From Octopus bimaculoides (Eukaryota): DNA of 64,000 nt. The notes under the pieces were generated by a model. That model was not told the DNA's origin. It saw only the letters and a program-made list of their open reading frames with translations, and made no database searches. Below, piece after piece: positions 1 through 12,337 of this stretch. The stretch covers positions 33,599,032 through 33,663,031 of the forward strand of contig NC_069000.1 in assembly GCF_001194135.2 (NCBI RefSeq). The letters are read 5' to 3'. Positions within the stretch are counted from its first letter, which is position 1; each line of letters begins with the position of its first letter. Made by a program: the position numbers and the translations under genes.

Positions 1-103
1 AGGTGGTGTTGATGAAGATGGCATAGGATATCTCACTTAAGCTCAATTGGTGTACCATTTCCATATAATTTCAAGCCTTGTGACTATAGTAGAAAGAATT
101 ATT

Positions 104-407
104 ATTACCTCTGCCTTAGGGAAGGCAGAGGTTGTATTTGTTTGTCCGTGGACAAGATATCTCAAGAATTGCTGGATGGATTTGGATGAAACTTTCAGGG
201 ATGTTTGGCCTCATAACTTGCATGAACTGGTTAGATTTGGGGATTGATCCAGTACCAGACAAGGATTCTGAGAGTGGTTAGGTTCATTTTTAGTATTCTC
301 ATTTGTGAGAGCAGTTGAGTTTATTTCAGATATTCTCATTTTAAATATCATCTTTGGCTAATCATTGAGAGGACATTGGTGTGGCCTTGGCAGAGGTTTG
401 CACTCTA
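104..407 (+). mobile_element. Non-autonomous element with subterminal inverted repeat (Helitron/HINE-like)
   Basis: Starts ATTACCTCTGCC and ends CCTTGGCAGAGGTTTGCACTCT; the two ends are partly reverse-complementary. No coding capacity. Class assignment is from recalled family pattern. Confidence 0.45.
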
Positions 408-410
408 TTA

Positions 411-1089
411 TTAAGGTGGCGAGCTAGCAGAATTGTTAGCACACCAGGCAAAATAATTAGGGGCATTTTGCCTTCTAAGTTCAAATTCCACTGAGATTGA
501 CTTTAACTTTCATCCTTTTGGGGGTCAATAAATTAAGTACCAGTCATACACTGGGGTCGATGTAATCAATTAGCCCCGTCCCTCCAAATTTCAGGCCCTG
601 TGCCTATCGTAGAAAGGATTATCATTATTATTATTACTAAGGTAGCAAGTTGGCAGAATTGTTAGCATGCCAGGCAAAATGCTTAGCGGCATTTTGCCTG
701 TTGCTACGTTCTGAGTTCAAATTCCGCCAAGGTCGACTTTGCCTTTCCTCCTCTCGAGATCAATAAATTAAGTACCAGTTGCGTACTGGAGTCAATCTAA
801 TCGACTGGCCCTCTCCTCCAAAATTTTAGGCCTTGTGCCTATAGTAGAAAGGATTATTATTATTATTATTATTATTAGGCAGTGAGCTGGCAGAATCATT
901 AGCATGTCAGGCAAAATGCATTGCAGCATTTTGTCCATCCTTATATTCTGAGTTCAAATCCCACCAAGGTTGACTTTGCCTTTCATCCCTTCGAGATCGA
1001 TAAATCATGTGCCAGTTGAGTACTGGGGTCAATGTAATCGACTTAACCCCTCCCTAAAAATTTCAGGCCTTGTGCCTTTAGTTGAAAGG

Positions 1090-1090
<1 letters not shown>
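411..1090 (+). mobile_element. Three head-to-tail copies of a tRNA-type SINE (family A): 411-618, 638-852, 876-1090
   Basis: Each copy runs GGCAGAAT.GTTAGCA..CC.GGCAAAATGC...CTGAGTTCAAATTCC...GTACCAG..G..TACTGGGGTC...GCCTTGTGCC..TAGTAGAAAGGA and ends in (TTA)n. The same family recurs elsewhere in the window. Confidence 0.85.
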
Positions 1091-1133
<43 letters not shown>

Positions 1134-1149
1134 GTAAATGAAGAAATAA

Positions 1150-1193
<44 letters not shown>

Positions 1194-1239
1194 GTAAATG
1201 AAGAAATAAATTATTATTATTATTATTGTGTAACTTGAC

Positions 1240-1415
1240 TCAGCATTGGTCTTATTCCTGGTAGTATTTATGGGGACAACAGATTACAACTTATAACCTT
1301 AGATATCCACATGATTTCAGTAATCCTTCAGGTTGCCAAAACTCTTCTGATGTTCCTTACTGTTCCTAAGAGGTAAACTTTCTGTACAATCTCTACAGTA
1401 CATTCTACTTCAATC
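1240..1415 (-). mobile_element. 3' fragment of R4/Dong-like (restriction-like endonuclease) non-LTR retrotransposon
   Basis: Minus strand reads EIVQKVYLLGTVRNIRRVLA, resembling the terminal QKxxLLGTAxIxRxVL motif, followed by an (AAT)n tail. Confidence 0.55.
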
Positions 1416-1432
1416 ATTTGTCTATATTATTA

Positions 1433-1481
<49 letters not shown>

Positions 1482-2084
1482 GCTATGTATATGTCCCTTC
1501 CTTCTCATTGTATACTGTGTATACTTACTTTTCTTTTCTTTTTTGTTGTTTTCTTTTTTCTTTTATCATTTCATTATTATATGTAAACTTCCACACTTTA
1601 TGTCTGCCTTTGTATTGTTTCCTTCATCCTTCGCCCCTGGTGGAAAATAAATGAAATCATTATTATTACTATTATTGAGTGAAAGAGCAGCACACACCTT
1701 GAAAGTGACACTGGGGTACAAATATATGAAGTCCAATACACTCATCATGAGTACCCGTCTGATAAGGGTACACCAGGCACATGCATCACAACCATGTGTG
1801 CTTAGAATGGTGATCTCATATCAAGATAAATGAAGCATGACTTTGTAGGTGAGGCCCAGTTAGAATTTTTTTTTTAAGCCATGTTGCCCGTCCCACTCAA
1901 AAGTTCTCTGAATAAGGTTTGCTTAAGGATGATAAGCAAAGCACCCATATTTCTAAGGATGACTTATTCAAACCCCAAAGAATCCCTCTGAACACATGGA
2001 TATGATGCTTCCCAACTACTTCTCATGATCAGAGATGCACATTTCTTCAGTTTTATCATTATTATTATTATTAGTATTATTATT

Positions 2085-3130
2085 GTTCAGTAGTTTTATT
2101 TTTATAACGTGCTTTCACTTCACTACCGAGCGCAGCTCTGTGCGCCTTGGGTATGTGCTGTGGTTTGCTGTGGTGCTCTTATGTTTACTGTATTGAAAGT
2201 GTTTTGCGTAGAATGTGTGCAGTACCCAGTAGTGCAATTTTCTGTATGGTATATATATTTGTAAGTCCTGGTGNNNNNNNNNNNNNNNNNNNNNNNNNNN
2301 NNNNNNNNNNNNNNNNNNNNNNNNNNNNNNNNNNNNNNNNNNNNNNNNNNNNNNNNNNNNNNNNNNNNNNNNNNNNNNNNNNNNNNNNNNNNNNNNNNNN
2401 NNNNNNNNNNNNNNNNNNNNNNNNNNNNNNNNNNNNNNNNNNNNNNNNNNNNNNNNNNNNNNNNNNNNNNNNNNNNNNNNNNNNNNNNNNNNNNNNNNNN
2501 NNNNNNNNNNNNNNNNNNNNNNNNNNNNNNNNNNNNNNNNNNNNNNNNNNNNNNNNNNNNNNNNNNNNNNNNNNNNNNNNNNNNNNNNNNNNNNNNNNNN
2601 NNNNNNNNNNNNNNNNNNNNNNNNNNNNNNNNNNNNNNNNNNNNNNNNNNNNNNNNNNNNNNNNNNNNNNNNNNNNNNNNNNNNNNNNNNNNNNNNNNNN
2701 NNNNNNNNNNNNNNNNNNNNNNNNNNNNNNNNNNNNNNNNNNNNNNNNNNNNNNNNNNNNNNNNNNNNNNNNNNNNNNNNNNNNNNNNNNNNNNNNNNNN
2801 NNNNNNNNNNNNNNNNNNNNNNNNNNNNNNNNNNNNNNNNNNNNNNNNNNNNNNNNNNNNNNNNNNNNNNNNNNNNNNNNNNNNNNNNNNNNNNNNNNNN
2901 NNNNNNNNNNNNGTCATTCCCAGGGCACCTATGACAATAGGTATTGTTTTCGTCTTCAGATTCCACATTTTGCTAATTTCTATTTCAAGATCTTTATATT
3001 TGCTCAGTTTTTGGTAGGTCTTGACAGATACGTTTATATCGATTGGGACAGTCATATCAATGAGGAGGCATGATTTTTGTCTGAAGTCTTTCAGTATGAT
3101 GTCTGGCCTATTTGCGCCTATCTTTCTGTC
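2085..3130 (-). mobile_element. 3' end of R4/Dong-like non-LTR retrotransposon, interrupted by an N gap (2274-2911)
   Basis: Minus-strand peptide MTVPIDINVSVKTYQKLSKYKDLEIEISKMWNLKTKTIPIVIGALG has the KxxKYxDLxxE...PIVIGALG signature of the RLE domain; 3' UTR with (AAT)n tail follows the gap. Confidence 0.8.
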
Positions 3131-3185
<55 letters not shown>

Positions 3186-3187
<2 letters not shown>

Positions 3188-3400
3188 GGTTAGTGAGCTG
3201 ACAGAATTGTTGGCATGTTTAGAAAATGCTTGTCAGCATCTCATCCACCTTTTTATATTTTGAGTTCAAATTCTGCTGAGAATTGCTTTGCTTTCATCTT
3301 TTTAGTGTTGATAAAATAAATACCAGTTGAGCACTGATGTTGATTTAATCAACTTCATTCTTTCCCTAAAACTTCTGGCCTGGCACCAAAATTTGAAACA
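3186..3400 (+). mobile_element. SINE family A copy in the last GST intron
   Basis: Diverged match to the copies at 411-1090; ends about 50 nt upstream of the GST splice acceptor. Confidence 0.75.
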
Positions 3401-3449
3401 TCATTATTATTATTATAACTAATTCATATATTTGTTGGTTTCTTCTCAG

Positions 3450-3712
3450 GGAAACAAGTCAGTATGGTTGACTTCAATCTTTGGCCATGGTTTGAGAAAA
3501 TTAAAGCAAAAGTAATGACAGACCAAACTATAGACCAGTTCATCACCAAAGAATACCCATTTCTATGCCAATGGAATGAGAATATGTTGCAGCTGCCAGA
3601 GGTGAAGGCCACAAGACTTAATCCCCAGTACTATGCTGCATTCATCAAAAGTTTTGCCAGTGGAGACCCAGATTATGACTTTGGTCTCCAACTGAATAAA
3701 AGTAAATTGTAA
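3450..3712 (+). CDS. GSTO1: Glutathione S-transferase omega class, last coding exon (earlier exons not visible in window)
   Basis: Acceptor TTTGTTGGTTTCTTCTCAG ending at 3449, branch-like CTAAT at 3419-3423. Phase-1 entry gives (G)KQVSMVDFNLWPWFEKIK...FLCQWNENMLQLPEVKAT...YAAFIKSFASGDPDYDFGL-stop (TAA 3710-3712). GxxxSMxDxxxWPWFE and the terminal DY/DFGL are omega-GST hallmarks, not the sigma-class S-crystallins. The symbol is a family-level assignment. Confidence 0.88.
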
Positions 3713-3759
3713 ATGATTTGTAAATATGATGAATAGAATTTTTAAATAAGATTATGAAT

Positions 3760-4455
3760 AAGATCTTCAGCTGAATAAACAACTCTTTAGGTTATCAATG
3801 GTTTGGACCCCCAATTTAAAATAAAAGTCATTCAGGCTAAATTATGTATCAGATCTCCAGTTGAATAATAGTTAATTGTTAAGGATATGCTAGTGTGATA
3901 TTTAAAGTATTCAGTCTAGATTATGATTTACATCTCAAGTTGAATAAAGATTTATTGTAGACAATTTCTAAAAGTTTATGAGTGAGGAATTTAAAAAGTA
4001 ATTTAAACACTCTAACATCGTTATGTTCTAGCTGAATAAAAGTTCACTTGTGAATGACTTTTTAATGGTGAACTATAAAATTTCTAAATTAGAATTTGAT
4101 TTAAGTCCTTAGCTGAATATAATTAAATTGAACTTGTTTCGAAATGTGATGCAGTGAAGTTTTTAAAATTAGGTTATCATAAATGATCTTAGGGTGATCT
4201 TTTAGATTTCTAAACTAGATCATATGTGAGACCTAAAGTAGAATAAAATATGTGGAGGATTTGAAAAAGTCAGGTCTATGGTTTTTATCTAGATCATAGT
4301 TAAATCCAACAGCCAGATAAGTATCAGTTTCCAATTGCTTCTAAGGATGATGGAGAAAAGATTTTAATCAAAATCACTTCTTAAGGATTTTTACAAGTGA
4401 TGCCTAAAGTTATCAAACCAGTTAATAATTTGAGATTGCAGCTGAATAAACAAAA
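3760..4455 (+). repeat. Degenerate ~80-90 bp tandem array carrying repeated polyadenylation-signal-like motifs downstream of the GST stop
   Basis: Recurrent (C/T)AG(C/T)TGAATAAA-like cores with AATAAA at 3774, 3943, 4035, 4242 and 4445, and variants at 3864 and 4115. An extra AATAAA lies at 3820. Confidence 0.55.
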
Positions 4456-5655
4456 ATGCAAATAATTTCTAGAAGGCAGAAAAATTTCATAAATCATTTA
4501 TAAGATTTGGGATAATAGCCAAGTTTTTTCTTTGGAATGTAAAAAATTTTTACTTGAAAAATTACATAAAATTCCTTGTATCAGAGTATTTTTGATTAAT
4601 AAAACTTAATTATTTTGAAAAATAGTTTTCAAAGAGTAATGAAAATATATTCTGTTTCAAGTATTATGCTACACACACGTGTGTGTGTGAGTGCATATAG
4701 ATATATACATACAAACACAGGAACATTTTATAAACAAGGCAGTAAATTTTGAATGCAGTATAACTGTGAAAAGAGCTGAAAAAGATTTGGTATTTACCCT
4801 TAGAAGATGGAAAAAAAGTTGCCAGCTGGCAGCTCTGAACCCTGTGCCTCTCAGATACTAGCTAAGTGTTCTGTACCATTAAGCTAAGCAGTTCCTGACA
4901 ACAATTACCATCAATTTTAATGCTAAGTAATAGCTTTTTGGAATTTGGGAAGATTTTATAAACAAGCTTTATAAGCTTTGAGTGTGTTGGTATTTTATAG
5001 ACATGAATATAAATTTTGAATGCAGTATAGCTGTGAAAACAGTCAAGAAAGATTGAGTGTTTACTCTTGGAAGACAGAAAAATTGCCAGAATACAAATTT
5101 TCCATCTTCTAAGGGTATACATCCATGTGAAAACAACCAAAAATGCTGGGTATTAACCCTTAGAAGACTGAAAAACCAGTTGTTAAAACTTTAGAACTCA
5201 ATATACATATACACATGCTTTAGAATATAGCATTAGGCAAGTACAGAGTGTAATATTAATTAATGAATGACAAAAGAACAGGAATGATGCAATCACCTCT
5301 ATTAGGTTACAGTTGTTTCTGCTATAAGAAGTTGTGCATTCAGAGCTAGGTGTTTGTGCAATATCCTATGGCTTCTCCAGAGCCATTAAAATGAAGTGTA
5401 TGTGCAAGATGTTGCACAAGCACTCAGCTCTGAATGCACTGCTTCTTATAGAAGAAACAGCTGTAAATTAATGAATTTGAATACATACTTCCTGTTCCTT
5501 TGTAATTCAGTCAATTTGCATGACACCAGTATCTGCCACAACTGCAATTTTGCACAGCTTTATGGGTCTTCTTCTCAAGCAAAACATAATGTCAAAGGTC
5601 TTGGTCATTGCCTCTGTGAGGGCCAATATATTTATATATACACATACATACATCC

Positions 5656-5709
<54 letters not shown>

Positions 5710-6250
5710 GGTAACAAAAAGAATTCCATATCTACACAGAAGTAATTATACTTCAAATTTCAACCGTGATACTTAACAAGCTAGTTACATAATTATTTAA
5801 TGAGTTCTCTGGAAACAATTTTTTAAAAATTTTATTGTCTGACAGTTCAGCAAGAAACAGGAAGAGAGTTGGTAGTAGAAAGATAATCTGTGGCAGAAAT
5901 CTAATTCAGTAAGGGTTACAATCTATGGCACAGAAATTAGAATATATTTCAACTTCACAGTAACACCAATAACCCAAGCTCTAGGGAATGAGTCCAATCA
6001 TTAGAATAGAATTTTTGTTGTGTACCCAGAGATAATTTTTTATTGAGCAGGCCTATGACATTACAAGGTACAACCAACAAATCTCTTTTTCTAGATAAAC
6101 CAGGATCAGTGCTGAAAACAAGCATTTAGAGTTTGGATTAGTATGTATGTATGTGTAAATGAATGGGGATGTTTGAAAAGTGTATTTGTTTGTTAGTTGT
6201 TTGTAGGTGTACTTGTTCATGTGTTTCTGTGTGTACGCATATATGATATA

Positions 6251-7394
6251 TACTAGCTGGTGTGTCCGGTAATTCCCGAGGGTAAAGATGTTGTATTGAA
6301 ATGCAATTATTACTCTGATATAAAAAATCAATTTCGTTATAACTGCTACAAAGGGTGTATTTTCCATCACGAAGAAGTACAAAAAACTGTCAGCTGGAGG
6401 AGGGAGAGATTGTATGTATATAAATATATGAATGAAGTGTTTGAAGAAAGTACAATAATAATGTCCACACTCACTGATGGTCGCTCTCAGTAACTGCCTT
6501 TAGCTTACAGAGTTCTTGTTTTTATAACTATCAAAAAGCAGCCAGAAGGATAGACATATTGTTGAGAACAAATGATTTTGTAGGAGGTCTGTTATCTTCA
6601 TTCCAGCCTCTATTGTTTTACCATGAGAAAAGCGCTGTTGAAGTTTTCAAGTGAAATTTGGCAATCGAGGATCGAATCCGTGCTATGCCTGCATGAAGCT
6701 ACTACAAATATGTTGTGGAATAAAAAATTTATCAACTGTCATGGAAAAAGTGTAACTGTTAAAATGCAAAATTATCAGAGTAATGGTCATTCAAAAAAGT
6801 ATGTATAGAAATGTATGAAAGAAGTCTTTAATGTTTAAGATTCAAATTAAGGAAGTGCAATAATAATGTTTAGCAGTTCAAAACTGTGAGTAGTGAAATG
6901 CAGAATTAGGTCGACTGATCGTGAGAATCAAATATTGATCGCTTCGCTAAAACCTGCAGGTGGTATGGGTTATTTTCCTTGGGTTGTTTAAATAAGATAT
7001 TTGTAATATGTAGTAGATAGAAGGATCCATTGGAGGGGCCCTATTATCGATATTTTTCAACAATCTAAGTATGTCACGAGGTTTCCAGACATGAGTTCTA
7101 CTCACACGTCAAATAAAGAAAAAAAGTGATATTGTCTGCAAAAATTAGAAATTGAACACACAAAAAATCAATATTCAAAGTAATCGAATATAAACAATGA
7201 AATGGGTTATTTCCCCTTTCGTGTTTAAAAAAATATTGTGCAGGTGCTATGGGTTATTTCTCTTGGGTGTTGCAAGGTTTCCAAACATGAGTTCTACTCA
7301 TGTGTCAAGTTTCATTAAAATCAGTAAAACGATGTAGGAGGAGTTAGCTAACAACGCCACAAACAAACATCGATTTTCCACATATGTAGTAGAT
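6251..7394 (+). mobile_element. Helentron/HINE-like non-autonomous element
   Basis: Begins TACTAGCTGG..CCGG and ends AAGTTTCATTAAAATCAG...GGAGGAGTTAG...ACAAACAAACAT...ATATGTAGTAGAT, the pattern of DINE-1/Lep1-like elements. Internal partial duplications at about 6958-7020, 7080-7115 and 7240-7310. Confidence 0.5.
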
Positions 7395-8441
7395 ATATGT
7401 GTTTCTATCAGAATGAATTGTTGTATCTTGGAAGAGCCTTTATACAAGTAATAAACACATGCACTGGTTATATTTTACTTCTTTATTTTCATTTGTCAAC
7501 TTGTTCCCAAGTGTTTCGAGGCTGCCACCCCCTTGGCACTCAGACCACATTCCTAGTACCCACCACCACCACTTTTGGCAGCAAATTCAGGACAATTGTA
7601 TTTCACAAATAAAACTTAACCTAATTAACCTCATTATTTTATTGCTTTTACATCCATCGCCCCCCTTTTGGCCACTCTATTATCTCCACGCTTTTCTTCA
7701 AACTGTGTCCTGGATCTTTCCACCTGGCCCACCTCTGGGGGAGGGGGCAGTACTTCCCGTTTTGGGAACCACTGATTTAATAAATTAGCTAATCACTTCT
7801 TTCATTAACCATTCAGTTAGTCAATCAATCAGCTAGGTTTGACAAAGTCCTTTTACCACGGCATTTCATTGTTGAGATCGTGAATGAAAGGTAATTGACT
7901 GAGCAAATGATTAATCAAAGAATCGATTTATTGGTTAAATGATAGTCCAATTGACTAATAACAAGAAAGAAGTGAAATAGAACCAGTACATGTATTTATT
8001 TTTGGCATTGTGACCCTCCCAAGTTACAAAATATTTTCCAACACATGAATTCATATCAAGAATCTAACAAACCAAATACAAAAATGAAATGTAGCAATGA
8101 TTCTCGTTAAATATTTCAAACATCAACTGGATGAATTTCTCCAAGAATGTGTCACACAGTATTAATACAGGGCTGTCTTTAGAGGAATTCCTTATTAATT
8201 ACGAAATTCCTTATTAATTAAGGACACATCTATAGACATATAGAAATATGTCATGCATTTATACATCAACACACACACACACACACACACACATACACAC
8301 ATAACGAGATAGAATTAAAAGTACACATTGACTGTAATACTTTTTATTTACTAATTCAAAGTCGATGATTCACTCTAGTTATGGAAAATGACTCATCAGT
8401 TTCAGGTACACACACACACACACACACACACNNNNNNNNNN

Positions 8442-8472
<31 letters not shown>

Positions 8473-8531
8473 TCACATATACACATACATACATACATAT
8501 TTGCATATACATATACATTTATATACACATT

Positions 8532-8561
<30 letters not shown>

Positions 8562-8563
<2 letters not shown>

Positions 8564-8845
8564 AAGGCACGTGGCTCAGTGGTTGTTTGAGTTTCGAGCT
8601 TACGATCATGAGGTTGTGAGTTTGATTCCTAGACCAGGCAGCGTGTTGTGTTCTTGAGCAAGACCCTTTATTTCACATTGCTCCAGTTCACTCAGCTGTA
8701 GAAATGAGTTGTGACGTCACTGGTGCCAAGCTGTATCAGCCTTTGCCTTTCCCTTGGATAACATCGGTAGCGTGGAGAGGGGAGGCTGATATATGCATGG
8801 GTGACTGCTGGTCTTCTATAAAAACAAATCTAGGCAACTTTCTGC
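8562..8845 (+). mobile_element. tRNA-derived SINE with CORE-like centre (family B)
   Basis: GGCACGTGGCTCAGTGGTT head, GTTTGATTCC box, GTGTTCTTGAGCAAG core. Further copies at about 12510-12840, 53905-54020 and 59615-59860. Confidence 0.75.
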
Positions 8846-8894
8846 CCAGACTTATACCAAGGAGTNNNNNNNNNNATATATATCATATATACTT

Positions 8895-9052
8895 CAGGCT
8901 TCTTTCAGTTTCCGTCTACGAAATCCACTCACAAGGTTTGGGTTGGCCTGAGGCTATCACTGAAGATACTTTCTCAAAGTGCCACGCAGAGGAACTGAAC
9001 TCGGAACCATATGGTTGGGAAGCAAACTTCTTACCACACAGCCACGCCTGCG
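8895..9052 (-). mobile_element. tRNA-derived SINE (family C)
   Basis: CTTTCAGTTTCCGTCTAC.AAATCCACTCACAAGG...CTTACCACACAGCCACGCC. Recurs at about 33355-33510, 39115-39270, 41080-41228, 45425-45575, 48190-48340 and 52625-52770, and in the opposite orientation at about 42245-42390. Confidence 0.8.
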
Positions 9053-9193
9053 CATATATATATTTACATATATATTTACATGTGTGTGTGTGTGTGTAAA
9101 TATATATTACTAGTCATTTTTACATTCCTCTAGAAGTGGGTGTTTGTTGTTTGGGAGGAGTGGGAGGACAAAATATGACGAATCTAATATTTT

Positions 9194-9261
9194 TATCAGA
9201 TATTTATCAGATATTTATCTGATATTTATCAGATATTTATCTGATATTTTTATCAGATATT
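9194..9261. repeat. 11-bp minisatellite TATCWGATATT x6
   Basis: Six consecutive TATC(A/T)GATATT units, with a 2-nt insertion before the last. Confidence 0.9.
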
Positions 9262-9538
9262 CCAACCGTGATAAAGAGAGATAAAAGAAGATATCTTTTT
9301 TAAAAAATATAAATTATGTGGTTTTGCTGGTTCATTTTTAGATGTGACACAACTACTTTTATCATGTCCTGATGTGTCACCATCTGACTGCGTGTGTGTA
9401 TGTGCATGTGTATGTGTATGCGTGTGTGTGTATGTGTGTGTGTGCACGCACGCGTGAGTGACTGCATCTTTATATGTGTACACAACTACATACACACAAA
9501 ACTATTCAATTCACATAGTAATATTTATTCTCATTTCC

Positions 9539-9572
<34 letters not shown>

Positions 9573-9599
9573 CAGACACACCTACACACATACATATAC

Positions 9600-10215
9600 A
9601 TGCTTACTTGCTTATGACAGCCCGTCATATGTGATGACAGTGTCGATCCAAGATATTCGTCCTTCTCCGCCTCCAACACATTGTTTCTCATGGGAGCGGA
9701 GGTGGCTGACAATACCAATTCCAGACAGATCCTGTGGCACTGGGGGCACTGACTGTGACCCCAAACAACAGCCAAAGAGTGTTGATAACGTCTCCTCCTC
9801 TCTTCAAGCAGTCTCCTCCATCAGTTTTAAGCAAATCTACTCCAGCATCACACATGGACTTCTATGCTTTCCATTTAACAATCTGGGGCTACAACCCAAC
9901 TGAGTGGGATACCACATAAAATGAAAGACCGTTTGAAATGGTCATGAAAACGAAGTTTGGGACATCCATAGGGTCTACTTCCAGTCTCGATCTCACTAAG
10001 AGGACCATCTTTGGGAGCCAGTTACCCGGCATCCAAATCATATGGTCAACCTAGCAAAGAAGAGGATGAAGGATGCAAGCCGCAACACTGCAGATCCCAG
10101 TCCTCAGGAAGATTTCAGTGTGTGGCACCTTGTTCTTCCATGTAAAATCGAGGATACTTTTGAGCAATCTGATATGAAATGTTTCCAATTTTCTGATCTG
10201 GCATCGATAAACGGT
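9600..10215 (-). mobile_element. RTE-clade LINE 3' remnant (RT C-terminal region)
   Basis: Minus strand WTVYRCQIRKLETFHIRLLKSILDFTWKNKVPHTEIFLRTGICSVAA..., typical RTE/BovB C-terminus, with stops. Confidence 0.75.
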
Positions 10216-10450
10216 CCAGTTAAATGACTGAAACAAGTAAAAGATAAAAGATATATATATATATATTGTGTCTGGGGAGGATCATATTGTCTATNNNNNN
10301 NNNNNNNNNNNNNNNNNNNNNNNNNNNNNNNNNNNNNNNNNNNNNNNNNNNNNNNNNNNNNNNNNNNNNNNNNNNNNNNNNNNNNNNNNNNNNNNNNNNN
10401 NNNNNNNNNNNNNNNNNNNNNNNNNNNNNNNNNNNNNNNNNNATATATAT

Positions 10451-10507
10451 ATAGGTTATGAGCGATAGTGGTATCAAATTACAGCTGGAAACAGCTGTAA
10501 GACCTAT
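10451..10507 (+). ncRNA. Decayed hammerhead-like motif (same 3' half as 41961-42009)
   Basis: GAAA-CAGCUG-UA-AGACCUAU with upstream AUAGGUU able to form stem I; the CUGANGA core is corrupted. Confidence 0.35.
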
Positions 10508-11211
10508 TTATAAATGTTCTATATTATACACAGCCTTCGTTTTTTTTTTATCTCATTACGAAAAGTAAATCCTTATATATATATACGGAGAGAGAGAGAG
10601 AAAGAAAAGAGAGAGGGCAATGGAGGAGTGTATTTTGATGAAGAATGGGAGGAAATGCAACAGACTTATTCAGAGTCGAATGACTGTATTTCCTTTTGTA
10701 TTGCGTAAAGAAATATTTGTAAAACTGAGTTGCAAAAGAAGCGATAAAATACTCTGTTTTGAATTGATCATATTTGGTACATAGATATGAAATTTAGTTA
10801 GTTATATGATAATGTATGGAAAATCATTATATCAAATACATTTGATATAGCTAAGATAAAGCACCTCTAATATTGTCATTCATACGTATGCTAATGTATA
10901 ATGGCATTAGTGTTAGCGACGGAACAATAAATGTTGGTTCAGGTAACAGATCGTAACTTAGTGTAGTGTTAATGTTAATCACACTACCTTAAGTGGTTTC
11001 TTTATAGATTTTCTTTAACTGCTTTCGTTTTATAAAGGTGTAAGAGGAACGTTTTTCTTTGATTTCTACTTTGTCGCCATTCTGGGATGTGTATTTTACA
11101 TTCATCTTCAGACCCAAATTCCCAGTGATCAAGTAGATACTCAGATAGTAAAAATGTTACATATATTATTAGTGAATAATAACATCAAGATTAAAAGCCC
11201 AGATATCATAC

Positions 11212-12015
11212 TGGTTTCAAATTTTGGCACAAGGCTAGCGATTTGGGGAAAAGGGTAAATCGATTACATTGACACGAGTGCTCAACTGGTATTTATTTCA
11301 TCAACCTCGAAAGGATGAAAAATAAGGGTGACTCCGGAGTATTTGCGCTCAAAACGTTAAGAGATGTTGCTAAGCATTTTTCCCGGTAAGGTTACTATTT
11401 TGCCAACTCACCACCTTAAGCCTAGATATCACATTACCAAGTCACGTGAATTAGAACAAGAATGCATAACAAAATATATTGATTCTCTAAATCAATATTA
11501 AATATTGAATAATGATTTCTTATGATTTGTTTAAAATGATAAACACATTTAAAAAAAAAACTTATGGACACACTATTGTACATAGCGGGTCAAATCAATC
11601 TGTTATTGAGTAACAGCTTGAAAAAACCTTGAATGTGAAACTAAAGATGTTAACACTGTATTATATGACTATCAGAACTATTTAAGTTGATATAAATCAT
11701 CATTATCCTCTTTTTGTTGCTGTTTGTTCCTTTTCGAGCCATATCTGGTTCATAAGGGCCGGTTTCCCGATTTCATTGGCATATAGATTCCCCACCTGGA
11801 TGGGATATCGGTCTGTCACAAGTAAGCTGCTAGATGCAAGGGGAATGAGTGAGAGAAAGTTGTGGTGAAAGAGCCAACAGAAGTTCGCCGTTACCTTCTG
11901 CCGGAGCCACATGGAGCTTACATGTTTCACTCATAAATACACACATCACCCAGTTTGAGATTTAAACCCTCGACCGTGAGTCTGCTGCTCCTAACCTCGA
12001 GACTATGTGCCTCCA
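11212..12015. mobile_element. SINE fragments: family A (minus, ~11212-11420) and family F (~11735-12015)
   Basis: Reverse-complement similarity to family A, and similarity to the 54893-55272 SINE. Confidence 0.6.
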
Positions 12016-12300
12016 TTATCATCTTTTTAACGTCCACTTTCTACGTCTTCGCAAAACAGATGGATTCTATTGAGAGAGTTGAATGCTATTCCTGACGCCA
12101 ATCCTCACCTGTTTCCAGGCAAGGTATTTGTTCTCTATGGCCAAATATGTTTCCACTGAAAGCTGCAAATGAGAAACAACTACTTGTATGTCGGTTACAC
12201 TCATTTACAACTATTGCACAATGTCAAGAGCAGGAGACATACACACACCACATACACATACACTCAAACACATCTATACGCACATATATTTACATATACA

Positions 12301-12333
<33 letters not shown>

Positions 12334-12337
<4 letters not shown>

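Noticed and set aside
1090-1228. Exact 60-bp tandem duplication (TTA)n-TGTAAATGAAGAAATAAA
   Set aside because: Slippage or mis-assembly inside a microsatellite; no further structure.
4715-5190. Degenerate ~100-bp direct repeats (AAATTTTGAATGCAGTATA.CTGTGAAAA)
   Set aside because: Old local duplication with no coding or structural signal that I can support.
7497-7774. Possible hAT MITE ending TTTGGGAACCACTG
   Set aside because: Left TIR is too degenerate and there is no target-site duplication.
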